Part shown: one piece after another, positions 1 to 7,291 of the stretch
Layout of the letters: every line of letters begins with the position of its first letter
Position numbering within the stretch: position 1 is the first letter of the stretch
NCBI GenBank assembly: GCA_034667685.1
Contig: JAXDQU010000116.1
Location: 1-16,512, forward strand
DNA length: 16,512 nt
DNA from: Thermoplasmata archaeon
Lineage (GTDB): Archaea > Thermoplasmatota > SW-10-69-26 > JACQPN01 > JAJPHT01
Direction of reading: 5' to 3'
Position numbers and translations under genes: made by a program
The notes under the pieces: generated by a model
What the model saw: the letters and a program-made list of their open reading frames with translations, nothing else
Told to the model about the DNA's origin: nothing
The model's database searches: none

Positions 1-77
1 TCAAGACTCTGGACTCAGGGCTCTCCGGTTGCAGGCATGCGGGAGCCCTGAGTCCCGAGTCCTGAGCCCAGAGCCCC
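1..77. repeat. Inverted repeat made of mirror-image heptamer tandem repeats (GRCTCWG / GAGYCCN), probably truncated by the window edge
   Basis: GGACTCAGGGCTC (11-23) is the exact reverse complement of GAGCCCTGAGTCC (43-55), and pairing extends to position 1 with 2 mismatches. The right arm has five heptamers: gagccct, gagtccc, gagtcct, gagccca, gagcccc (43-77). Confidence 0.85.
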
Positions 78-189
78 GGCTGTCGGAGAAGAGTCGGCGG
101 CCGGGGGAAGGAACGAAGACGACCGCCACGAGGATCGTGGGGCGCAGAAGAGATAGCAGTCGCCGCGGGGGCCGGTGGTCCCCAGGGGC

Positions 190-579
190 TCAGAGCGCGG
201 GCAGGCGGTAGACGCCGCTGCCGCCCAGGCGCTTCTTCGGGAGCACGACCTCCAGCACGCCGTTGTTGAGGCGCGCCTCGGCGGACTCGGGATCGACCTC
301 GCCGGGGAGAGGGACCGCTCGCTCGAACGACTGGTAGGGCGCGCCTTGCTTGGCGGGCTTCGCCTCCTTGCCGCGCGGCAGGGCGGCGACGACGACGCGA
401 TGCGGGCTCACGTCGACGCGGATGTCCTCGCGATCTGCGCCGGGCATGTCGCAGGTGAGGACGAAGCTGCTCGGCTCCTCGACGATCTCCATCGCGGGGG
501 CGCGCGAGACCTGCTCGCGGGTGGCGGTGTCCACCGCATCGAGAACCTCGTCCAGGCCGTCGGGGGGTTTGACGCTCAC
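190..579 (-). CDS. hsp20: Small heat-shock protein, Hsp20/alpha-crystallin family
   Basis: Alpha-crystallin motifs PAMEIVEE..FVLTCDMPGADREDIRV, FERAVPLPGEVDPESAEARLNNGVLEVVLPK. Start is uncertain: GTG at 579 preferred, the ORF is open up to GTG at 630. Confidence 0.9.
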   Translation of the reverse strand: MSVKPPDGLDEVLDAVDTATREQVSRAPAMEIVEEPSSFVLTCDMPGADREDIRVDVSPHRVVVAALPRGKEAKPAKQGAPYQSFERAVPLPGEVDPESAEARLNNGVLEVVLPKKRLGGSGVYRLPAL

Positions 580-641
580 GGGGTGTCCCGACTGGATGGG
601 GCGCCGCGAGCCGGATAACGGTCCTGGCACAAGGCTCGATT

Positions 642-655
642 GAAGAGACTTAAGC
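642..655 (+). promoter_or_regulatory. Putative archaeal BRE/TATA box (GAAGAGA-CTTAAG) for the PfkB gene
   Basis: AT-rich island in a GC-rich background; CTTAAG (649-654) begins 30 nt before GTG 679. Confidence 0.55.
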
Positions 656-678
656 GCTCGGCGGCCCAGTCACGCGCC

Positions 679-1557
679 GTGCAGGTCGTCGGCACCGTCG
701 CATTCGACACGCTCGCGCGCGTCAAGGCGCTGCCCGCCCCGGAGGAGACGGCCGGCGTCCTGGAGCTGCACGCGGACCTTCCGGGCGGCACCGGCGCCAA
801 CGTCGCGATGGCCTTCGCGCGCCTGGGCGGCCGGCCGCGCCTCGTCTCCAGCGTCGGGCCCGACTTCGCCGGCTCGCCCGTGGAGTCCGCGCTGCGCCGC
901 GCGGGGATCGACCTCTCGGGGCTCTCCACCGTGGACGCGCCCACCTCGCGCGCGTTCGTCGCCTTCGACGCCGCCGGGCGCCAGGTCACGTTCTTCCATC
1001 CGGGCGCGTCGCGATCGTTCCCTGGCGCCGCGCTCCGCCCCGGCCGCGCCCACTTCTGCGCGGGCGAGATCTCGCGCTATCCCGATCTGATGCGGCAGGC
1101 CGACTGGGTCTCGTTCGACCCGGGCCAGGAGGTCTTCCACCGCGACCTCGCGCAGATCGTCGCGTGCTTCGCGGACGTGGACCTCCTCTTCCTCAACCGG
1201 CACGAGCGCGATCGCCTGGAGCGCGAAGGGCACGACATCGCCAGCATCCTCGCCGCGGGACCGGAGGCCGTCGTCGAGAGCCGCGGCGCGGAGGGCACGC
1301 TCGTCCACACCACGGGCGGCCGCTACGCCGCGCCGGCCGCGCCCGCGAGCGTCGTCGACCCCACGGGCGCCGGCGACGCGCACCGCGCGGGCTTCCTCTT
1401 CGCCATCGAGCAGGGCGCGGACTTCGGCCACGCCGCGCGCTTCGCCAACGTCGTGGGCTCCTTCGTCGTCGAGACGATCGGCGCGCAGGCCGGGCAGCCC
1501 ACGCTCGCGGAGGCGCTGGCCCGCCACGAGAAGGTGTGGGGCGAGCGGCCGTTCTGA
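679..1557 (+). CDS. PfkB/ribokinase-family kinase, likely nucleoside kinase (MJ0406/adenosine-kinase type)
   Basis: PfkB signatures GGTGANVAMAFARLG and DPTGAGDAHRAG, NxxE (NRHE), plus FDPGQE and the GDAxR variant typical of nucleoside kinases. Start placed at GTG 679 (VQVVGTVAFD); the ORF track starts at TTG 640. Confidence 0.9.
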   Translation: MQVVGTVAFDTLARVKALPAPEETAGVLELHADLPGGTGANVAMAFARLGGRPRLVSSVGPDFAGSPVESALRRAGIDLSGLSTVDAPTSRAFVAFDAAGRQVTFFHPGASRSFPGAALRPGRAHFCAGEISRYPDLMRQADWVSFDPGQEVFHRDLAQIVACFADVDLLFLNRHERDRLEREGHDIASILAAGPEAVVESRGAEGTLVHTTGGRYAAPAAPASVVDPTGAGDAHRAGFLFAIEQGADFGHAARFANVVGSFVVETIGAQAGQPTLAEALARHEKVWGERPF

Positions 1558-1558
1558 C

Positions 1559-1993
1559 CTACGTTGGCGAAGGCCGCAGGTGCGCGGGGATCTCGGCCCA
1601 CTCCTCGGGCACGGTCGTGTCGGGCGCGATGCGGTAGATGGCGCGCGCGACCTCGTCGGGCTGCTCGCCTTCGAGCGTGACCTCCAGGTCGCCCAGCGGG
1701 CTGCGCAGCGGGCCGAAGTGCGCGCGACCTCCGGCCGCGGCCTGCTTGCCCAGGAGGAACGCCGCCCGCATCCCGTCCTCCGAGAGCCCGGCCATCATCG
1801 CGCCGCGCGCGGAGTCCGGGATGCGCGTGGAGCGGATCAGCTCGCGCAGGCGATCGAGGTGGGGCGCGTCGGCCACGAGCCCCCACGAGACCTCGCGCAC
1901 CGTGGCGCCGGGGAAGAGCGAGAGGATCGCGGCGCGCACCTTCTCGGGGTCCTCGGTGGGACGGACCGGCGCGCGCACGGTGACGCGGAGCAC
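1559..1993 (-). CDS. UPF0201/DUF54 family archaeal putative RNA-binding protein
   Basis: Family motifs V.V.APVRPTEDPEKVRAAILSLFP, LRELIR..RIPDSAR, F.LGKQAA, SPLGDLEV. Start GTG 1993 (alternative ATG 2020); the upstream part of ORF 1559..2575 is antisense shadow. Confidence 0.88.
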   Translation of the reverse strand: MLRVTVRAPVRPTEDPEKVRAAILSLFPGATVREVSWGLVADAPHLDRLRELIRSTRIPDSARGAMMAGLSEDGMRAAFLLGKQAAAGGRAHFGPLRSPLGDLEVTLEGEQPDEVARAIYRIAPDTTVPEEWAEIPAHLRPSPT

Positions 1994-2029
1994 GGCAGCC
2001 TTCAAGCGGGGGCCTCGCATGAGGCTATC

Positions 2030-2953
2030 GTGCCCCTGCCCGAGGCGTGGTCGCGCGGCGTCGACGCCCTCGTCGCCGACCGGGAGCGCGGCGCCTCGCT
2101 GCTCGCCCTCGACGCGCTGGCCCTCCTGGAGCAGGCCGCGGCCGAGGCGCCGCGCGGCAAGGCCGGCCTCGCGCAGGTGAGCGACCTCGCGCGGGCGCTG
2201 CGCGCGGCGCGCCCCTCGATGCCGGCCATCGCCAACCTCGTGAACCTCGCGATGCACGAGGCCGCGGGCGCCGAGGAGGCGGGCGTCGCGCTGGCGCGGG
2301 CCGAGCGCGCGGCGGCGGGCGCGCAGGCGCAGGCGCTGGAGGCGCGCGGGGGCGCGGCGCGCGCGGCGGCGGCGCTCGCGCGCGGGACCGTGCTGACGCA
2401 CTCCGCGAGCGAGACCGTGACGAAGGCCTTGCGCGCCGCGAAGCGGGCGGGCACGCTCGCGCGCGTCGTCGTCGCGGAGGGGCGCCCAGGCTTCGAGGGG
2501 CGCGAGCTGGCGCGCGGCCTCGCGGAGGAGGGCGTCGAGGTCCTCCTGGTCGTCGACGCGGCGCTCGGGCTCCACGCGCGCGAGGCGGACGTCGCGCTCG
2601 TGGGCGCCGACGCGATCCTCGCGGAGGGCGCGCTCGTCAACAAGGTCGGGACGCGCCTGCTCGCCTTCGCCTGCGAGCGCGCCGGCACGCCGCTCTACGG
2701 CGTCGCGGACCGCTTCAAGATCAGCCCCGCCAGCGCGATCCCGCTGGAGGAGAAGGCGCCCGCGGAGGTGTGGCCCGACGCGCCGCGCGGCGTGCAGGTG
2801 CGCAACATCTACTTCGACCGCACCGAGGCGGCGCTCGTCAGAGGGTACGCCACCGACGCGGGATTGCTATCACCCTCGGACGTCGGAGGCCTTGCTCGCG
2901 AGCACGCCACGTGGGCGGATTGGGAAGCGCGCCTGAGAAGGCTCGTGCGCTAG
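2030..2953 (+). CDS. IF-2B family protein (aIF-2B-alpha-like subgroup of the eIF-2B/MtnA/R15P isomerase superfamily)
   Basis: Motifs DRERGAS, RPSMPAIAN, VLTHSAS, EGRPGFEG, VGADAI, NKVGT, RNIYFDRT. Start GTG 2030 lies 30 nt after a CTTCAAG box (2000-2006). Confidence 0.88.
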   Translation: MPLPEAWSRGVDALVADRERGASLLALDALALLEQAAAEAPRGKAGLAQVSDLARALRAARPSMPAIANLVNLAMHEAAGAEEAGVALARAERAAAGAQAQALEARGGAARAAAALARGTVLTHSASETVTKALRAAKRAGTLARVVVAEGRPGFEGRELARGLAEEGVEVLLVVDAALGLHAREADVALVGADAILAEGALVNKVGTRLLAFACERAGTPLYGVADRFKISPASAIPLEEKAPAEVWPDAPRGVQVRNIYFDRTEAALVRGYATDAGLLSPSDVGGLAREHATWADWEARLRRLVR

Positions 2954-2955
2954 CC

Positions 2956-4122
2956 TCAGCCGCCCTGCTGGTCCGTCTCGCACTTGTCCATCTTCTCGGG
3001 CGCGTGGTCGAGCGCGGTGGCCACGACGTGGTAGTCGTACGTGACCTGCGTCATGCCGCCCATCTGGGGCGTGCCGGGCGCGAGTTCCGCCTGCGGCTCC
3101 ACGAGGAACTGCCACTGCGAGGTCTTCGCGTAGGGGCTGTCCGTCTCGTCCATCGTGGCGGGCACGGTCCAGGAGAGCGTGGTGGGCAGCGTGCCGTTGA
3201 GCTCCTTGATCGGGCAGCGGAACGGGTTGCGCGAGTCGGCGCCGTGGTAGAAGAAGCCGAAGGAGGGCACGTCGCCGGGCGTGGAGGTCGCGCTCTTGAT
3301 CTGCACGTCGAAGCGGATGGCCTGCGTCTCCATGGGCACGGGGTTCTTCAGCGCGACCATGTCCTCGGTGAAGTCGCCCTGCGTCGCGGGCTGGGTGAGG
3401 CGCACCGCGTAGCTGTCGACCTGGCCGTGGTGGTCGGCGTCGAGGAGCGTGAGCGTGTGGTTGCCCTGCCAGAAGTCGGGGTGAGGCGGGAAGAGCTCGA
3501 TCTGGTTGAGCTTCACGATGTCGATCTTGAGGTGGAAGGGGCCCAGCGTCGCGCCGGGGCTCTGCGTGGGTCCGAAGCCGAAGCCCCAGCGGCTCGACTT
3601 GCTGTGCGGCATGTCGCTCATCTGCGGCGTGATCGGGAGCACGAACGCCTTGCCGTTGGCGAGGTCGCCGCCGGGCTTGAAGTCGCCACCGTCGGCGGCG
3701 CGGTACTCGAAGCCGACCTGCGTCGTGCGCGGGTCGCTCCAGCTCGCGGTCAGCTCCATCTTGCCCGTGCCCTCGAAGACGAGCTTGCCGTCGGGGAGCT
3801 GCCAGAACATGCCGCCCGCGTACACGCCCTGCTCGGTCGTGCCGCGGAAGACCGTGGCGAAGGTGCTGTTCATCGCGTCGGGCGTGATGTCGCCGTCGAA
3901 GAGCGTGACGCGCTCCTTGCCCTGCCAGTAGTCGTGCGAGTGGGCGACGCTCTCGGTGCCGGCCATCGAGGCCTTGCTGGAGCCGGTGTCCACGGGGCCG
4001 GTCGCGTTGGCCGTGGCGTTGGCGGGCGCGGTGGCCTTGGACTCGGACCCGGCGTCCTTGCCCGCCCCCAGGCACCCGGCGGCGAGGAGCATCAGCAGGA
4101 CGAGGGCGATCGCAGAGCGCAT
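2956..4122 (-). CDS. Secreted lipoprotein of unknown function with two tandem homologous domains
   Basis: MRSAIALVLLMLLAAGC signal peptide/lipobox, an Ala/Thr/Asn-rich linker, then a duplicated domain; strong GC3 bias. ATG 4122 lies about 30 nt from a CTTATC box (4150-4155, minus strand). Confidence 0.85.
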   Translation of the reverse strand: MRSAIALVLLMLLAAGCLGAGKDAGSESKATAPANATANATGPVDTGSSKASMAGTESVAHSHDYWQGKERVTLFDGDITPDAMNSTFATVFRGTTEQGVYAGGMFWQLPDGKLVFEGTGKMELTASWSDPRTTQVGFEYRAADGGDFKPGGDLANGKAFVLPITPQMSDMPHSKSSRWGFGFGPTQSPGATLGPFHLKIDIVKLNQIELFPPHPDFWQGNHTLTLLDADHHGQVDSYAVRLTQPATQGDFTEDMVALKNPVPMETQAIRFDVQIKSATSTPGDVPSFGFFYHGADSRNPFRCPIKELNGTLPTTLSWTVPATMDETDSPYAKTSQWQFLVEPQAELAPGTPQMGGMTQVTYDYHVVATALDHAPEKMDKCETDQQGG

Positions 4123-4205
4123 GATGCATCGCCAGCCCCGGAAAGCGGGGATAAGCATTGTGGAGGGGTCCTTGGCCGGAGGTCAGTGTGGACACGCGGC
4201 GACGG

Positions 4206-4214
4206 TTCATATAG
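4206..4214 (+). promoter_or_regulatory. Putative TATA box (TTCATATAG) for the membrane protein gene
   Basis: Most AT-rich stretch of the 4123-4236 divergent gap; begins 31 nt upstream of GTG 4237. Confidence 0.55.
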
Positions 4215-4236
4215 CGGGGCGGGGAGAGCGGCCGGC

Positions 4237-4848
4237 GTGCGCTACGTCGTCCGCATCGTGATCGGCATCGTCCTGGGCCTCCTGGGCGCGGCCGTCGCGT
4301 GGTGGCTCGGCTGGCGCTGGTGGACCGGCGCGATCCTCGCCTCGGTCCTCGCCCTCGTCGGATTCCTGGGCTCGTTCTTCCTCTGGAGCGCCGACCGCCC
4401 CGAGGAGGGGTACGAGCAGGTGCTCTTCGACCTCCCCAACAACCTCGTCAGCGTCGTCCTCGTCCTCGCGCTCGTGGGCCTCGCGTTCGCGGGCGGCCAC
4501 GGGCTCGCGCGCGGCGGCGCGGCCTCCGCGGCGGCTCCTCCCGACCCGGCCGTGGCCGCGCTCGCGGAGCACCACGACAACCTGACCAAGCTCTACAACG
4601 CCATCCAGGGCGGGACCTTCTCCGCCGCGGACGCGACCAACGCGAGCGCGCAGCTCAACGCCGCCAAGACCGCGGCCGCCACGTTCCCTGGTTCCGCGAA
4701 GGCGGGCGACATCGCCACGGCCGCCGGCGCCTTGGCCGCCGCGGTGGGCGAGTTCACCTCCTGCGGCAAGCTCTGCGACCACGCAGGCCAGCTCGCCAAG
4801 GCCGACGCGCTCCCCGCGGGCCCGCCGCTCACCGACTTCGCCAAGTGA
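4237..4848 (+). CDS. Hypothetical membrane protein (about 3 TM helices plus Ala-rich helical C-terminal domain)
   Basis: C-terminal 203 aa of ORF 2047..4848. Hydrophobic segments IVIGIVLGLLGAAVAWWL, AILASVLALVGFLGSFFLW and LVSVVLVLALVGLAFAG; high GC3; TATA-like box upstream. Confidence 0.82.
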   Translation: MRYVVRIVIGIVLGLLGAAVAWWLGWRWWTGAILASVLALVGFLGSFFLWSADRPEEGYEQVLFDLPNNLVSVVLVLALVGLAFAGGHGLARGGAASAAAPPDPAVAALAEHHDNLTKLYNAIQGGTFSAADATNASAQLNAAKTAAATFPGSAKAGDIATAAGALAAAVGEFTSCGKLCDHAGQLAKADALPAGPPLTDFAK

Positions 4849-4911
4849 GCGCCCCGCTCCAGCGGAACCCAAGGTGAAAACTCCTTCTTGCCTGCCGCCT
4901 GACCAGGGCGC

Positions 4912-5469
4912 ATGCCAACCCCAGTGGAGATGATGGAGCAGCGTCCCGACTGGGAGACGTACTTCATGGACATGGCGCGCCTCGCGAGCCGTCGCTCCTC
5001 GTGCCACCGGCGCGCCGTCGGCGCCGTGCTCGTCAAGGACCGCCGCGTGCTCACCACGGGCTACAACGGCAACCCGCCCGAGTTCGAGCACTGCGCCACG
5101 ATGGGCTGCATCCGCGAGATGCTCAACGTCCCCAGCGGCGCGCACCACGAGCTCTGCACCGGCCTCCACGCCGAGCAGAATGCGATCATCCAGGCCGCCA
5201 CGACCGGCGTCGCCATCGCGGGCGCCACGCTCTACACGACCACCTTCCCGTGCGTCACGTGCGCCAAGATGATCATGGCCGCGCGCATCAGCGAGGTCGT
5301 CTACGACGAGGGCTACCCCGACGAGCTTGGGCGATTCATGCTCGCGCGCAGCAGCATCGTCGTGCGCAAGTTCGGCGACCCCGCGCCGGAAGCGCTCGCG
5401 CGGACGACGACGCACGCGCTCACGGGCGTCATCGCGCAGATGGCGAGCGTGCCGAATCCGAGGCGGTGA
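4912..5469 (+). CDS. dCMP deaminase (ComEB-like, cytidine/deoxycytidylate deaminase family)
   Basis: RPDWETYFM N-terminus, RSSC.RR.VGAVLV, GYNG, HAEQNAI and PCVTC zinc motifs. Start could instead be ATG 4930 or 4933. Confidence 0.93.
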   Translation: MPTPVEMMEQRPDWETYFMDMARLASRRSSCHRRAVGAVLVKDRRVLTTGYNGNPPEFEHCATMGCIREMLNVPSGAHHELCTGLHAEQNAIIQAATTGVAIAGATLYTTTFPCVTCAKMIMAARISEVVYDEGYPDELGRFMLARSSIVVRKFGDPAPEALARTTTHALTGVIAQMASVPNPRR

Positions 5470-5481
5470 GCGGCCCAACTT

Positions 5482-5572
5482 GCTCCGCATGCGGAGACGC
5501 GGAGGTCGCGGTGAACGCGGCGCTCTTTCGCTCCGCGGCCTCCGCGCCGCCCCGCGCCTCCGCATGCGGAGC
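5482..5572. repeat. Intergenic fold-back element bounded by two copies of the 14-bp palindrome CTCCGCATGCGGAG
   Basis: Palindrome copies at 5483-5496 and 5558-5571. 5482-5502 pairs with 5552-5572 (1 mismatch) and 5498-5511 pairs with 5533-5546 (1 mismatch). Internal GCGGWG.. / CTCCGC.. units recur at 8-9 bp spacing. Confidence 0.85.
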
Positions 5573-5623
5573 CCGTGGGCCCACCCCCGCCCTTGAAGCA
5601 CCGCACCGCCCCTCGCCGCCACC

Positions 5624-6451
5624 ATGCCCAAGGTCGAAGTCGTCCACATGACGAGCCCCGTCTGCCACTGGTCGTGGGGCTACGAGCCGGTCATCAACCG
5701 GCTGAAGATGCGCTACGGCAAGCAGATCGACCTCTTCGTGGGCGTCGGCCTCCCGTACACGGACCGCCAGGAGTGGCTGAAGGACTACGAGATGACGGAG
5801 ACCGAGGCGATCCAGTGGGCGAAGGACGAGATCCTGCCGCGCATCGGCATGCCGGTCTCGCTGCCGCGCTCGTGGTTCGACATGCCCGCCTCGACGCTGC
5901 CGCAGGCCATCGCGATGAAGACCGCGGGCATCGCCTACGGCCCCGAGGAGGAGGCGCAGCTCAACCGCGCGCTGATGTTCGCCGCGTTCGTCGAGGGGCT
6001 CGACACGTCGGACGACAAGGTGCTCCAGGACGTCGTCGCGTCGGTGGGGCTCGACAACGCGAAGATGGCGAAGGTCGCGCAGACCGACGCGCCGGGCAAC
6101 GCGCTGGGCGACGACGGTGGGCGCGGCGGCCACGGCGCGAACTTCTACTCGCTGCTCGTGCGCGACGCGAGCGGCCTCACCGTCTCGATCCCGTACGCCT
6201 ACGACCCGGCGCGCGTCGAGGCGGCGATCCAGTACGTGAGCGGCGGCAAGGCGAAGCCGAAGCCCATCAAGGTCGACCTCGTGGGCTACGCGAAGGCGCA
6301 CGGCCCCACGCCGCTCGTGGAATTCCAGAAGGTCTTCGGCCTGAAGGCGACCGACGCGAAGGCGCGCCTCGCGAAGGCCGAGAAGGCGGGCAAGCTGACG
6401 CGCGTCGAGTACCCGCGCGTGCCCAGGACGCCCTTCTGGATCGTCCCGTGA
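5624..6451 (+). CDS. DsbA-family thioredoxin-fold protein with probable C-terminal winged helix (YjbH/SpxH-like architecture)
   Basis: N-terminal beta strand followed by SPVCHWSWGYEP (DsbA/FrnE-like active-site region, CxxS), RALMFAAFVEGLD..D..VL..V...GLD helical insert, and a C-terminal HTH-like segment ending in FW. Confidence 0.75.
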   Translation: MPKVEVVHMTSPVCHWSWGYEPVINRLKMRYGKQIDLFVGVGLPYTDRQEWLKDYEMTETEAIQWAKDEILPRIGMPVSLPRSWFDMPASTLPQAIAMKTAGIAYGPEEEAQLNRALMFAAFVEGLDTSDDKVLQDVVASVGLDNAKMAKVAQTDAPGNALGDDGGRGGHGANFYSLLVRDASGLTVSIPYAYDPARVEAAIQYVSGGKAKPKPIKVDLVGYAKAHGPTPLVEFQKVFGLKATDAKARLAKAEKAGKLTRVEYPRVPRTPFWIVP

Positions 6452-6488
6452 GCCAACGCTTTTCCGCGCGCACGTCCGATGGCGACCC

Positions 6489-7217
6489 ATGTGCCGGATG
6501 CTCGGCGTCGTGGGCACGCCCGCCGCGGCGCGGGACCTGATCGCGCGCTTCCGCGTCGAGGCGAGCCAGGGCCGCGTCGGCCAGGGCATGGCGCCGGGTC
6601 ACCGCGACGGCTGGGGCATCGTCCACGTGGACGACGGCCTGCGCCACGCGGGGCGCTCCACGCTCGACGCGGCGCGGGATCCAGCGTACCCCGAGGCCGC
6701 GGCGCGCGTCACGGGCACGCCCGCCCTCGTCCACTTCCGCAAGTCCACGCTGGGCGCCAAGACGCCGGAGAACACGCACCCGTTCGTGGAGGACGGCTTC
6801 GCCTTCTGCCACAACGGTACGGTGCGCGGCGTCGCGGCGCCAGGAGAGAGCGACTCGCGCGCCCTCTTCGCGCGTCTCCTCGCCGAGATCCGCAAGGGCG
6901 CCGCGCCGGCGGAGGCCATCGCCACGCTCGCCCGCGACGTGGACGCGCGCTGCACGTACACCTCGCTGACGTTCCTGCTCACGGACGGCCGCTCCCTCTG
7001 GGGCTTCCGTAGCGTCGGCAACGACCCGGTGGCCTGCGCGGAGGATGCCTGCCCACAGGACTACTACACGCTGGGCCACGCGACGCTCCCCGACGGCTCC
7101 GTGGTCGTCTCGCAGGAGCACGAGATCCTCGGCATCGCCGGCTGGACGCCCGTGCCCGATGGCGCGCTCGTGACCGTGACGCCGGAGCGGCGCGTGTCGG
7201 TGTCGCAAGTCCTCTAG
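6489..7217 (+). CDS. Class II (Ntn) glutamine amidotransferase-like protein, YafJ/EgtC/Dug3 type
   Basis: MCRMLG (nucleophilic Cys2), HRDGWG, HFRKST, ENTHPF, FCHNG, SDSR; stand-alone domain. Confidence 0.9.
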   Translation: MCRMLGVVGTPAAARDLIARFRVEASQGRVGQGMAPGHRDGWGIVHVDDGLRHAGRSTLDAARDPAYPEAAARVTGTPALVHFRKSTLGAKTPENTHPFVEDGFAFCHNGTVRGVAAPGESDSRALFARLLAEIRKGAAPAEAIATLARDVDARCTYTSLTFLLTDGRSLWGFRSVGNDPVACAEDACPQDYYTLGHATLPDGSVVVSQEHEILGIAGWTPVPDGALVTVTPERRVSVSQVL

Positions 7218-7291
7218 GCCACGAGGGCTGATGGCCGAGGCCTCCGAAGCTGACCTTGGGCTCGTCGGCGCGCTCCGCGCGGGAAACCACC

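Noticed and set aside
2047-4236. 933-aa ORF 2047..4848 as one protein
   Set aside because: The first 730 codons are an off-frame shadow of the IF-2B-like gene and antisense to the lipoprotein; only 4237-4848 looks coding.
4912-5469. Deaminase as an anti-phage (dCTP-depleting) or RNA-editing enzyme
   Set aside because: It is an ordinary single-domain dCMP deaminase with no kinase-like fusion and no defence genes nearby.
7218-7270. CTGATGG...CTGA in a weak stem, resembling a C/D-box sRNA or hammerhead core
   Set aside because: Box C is imperfect, only ~15 nt separate the boxes with no C'/D' pair, and the hammerhead CUGANGA/GAAA core is not matched.
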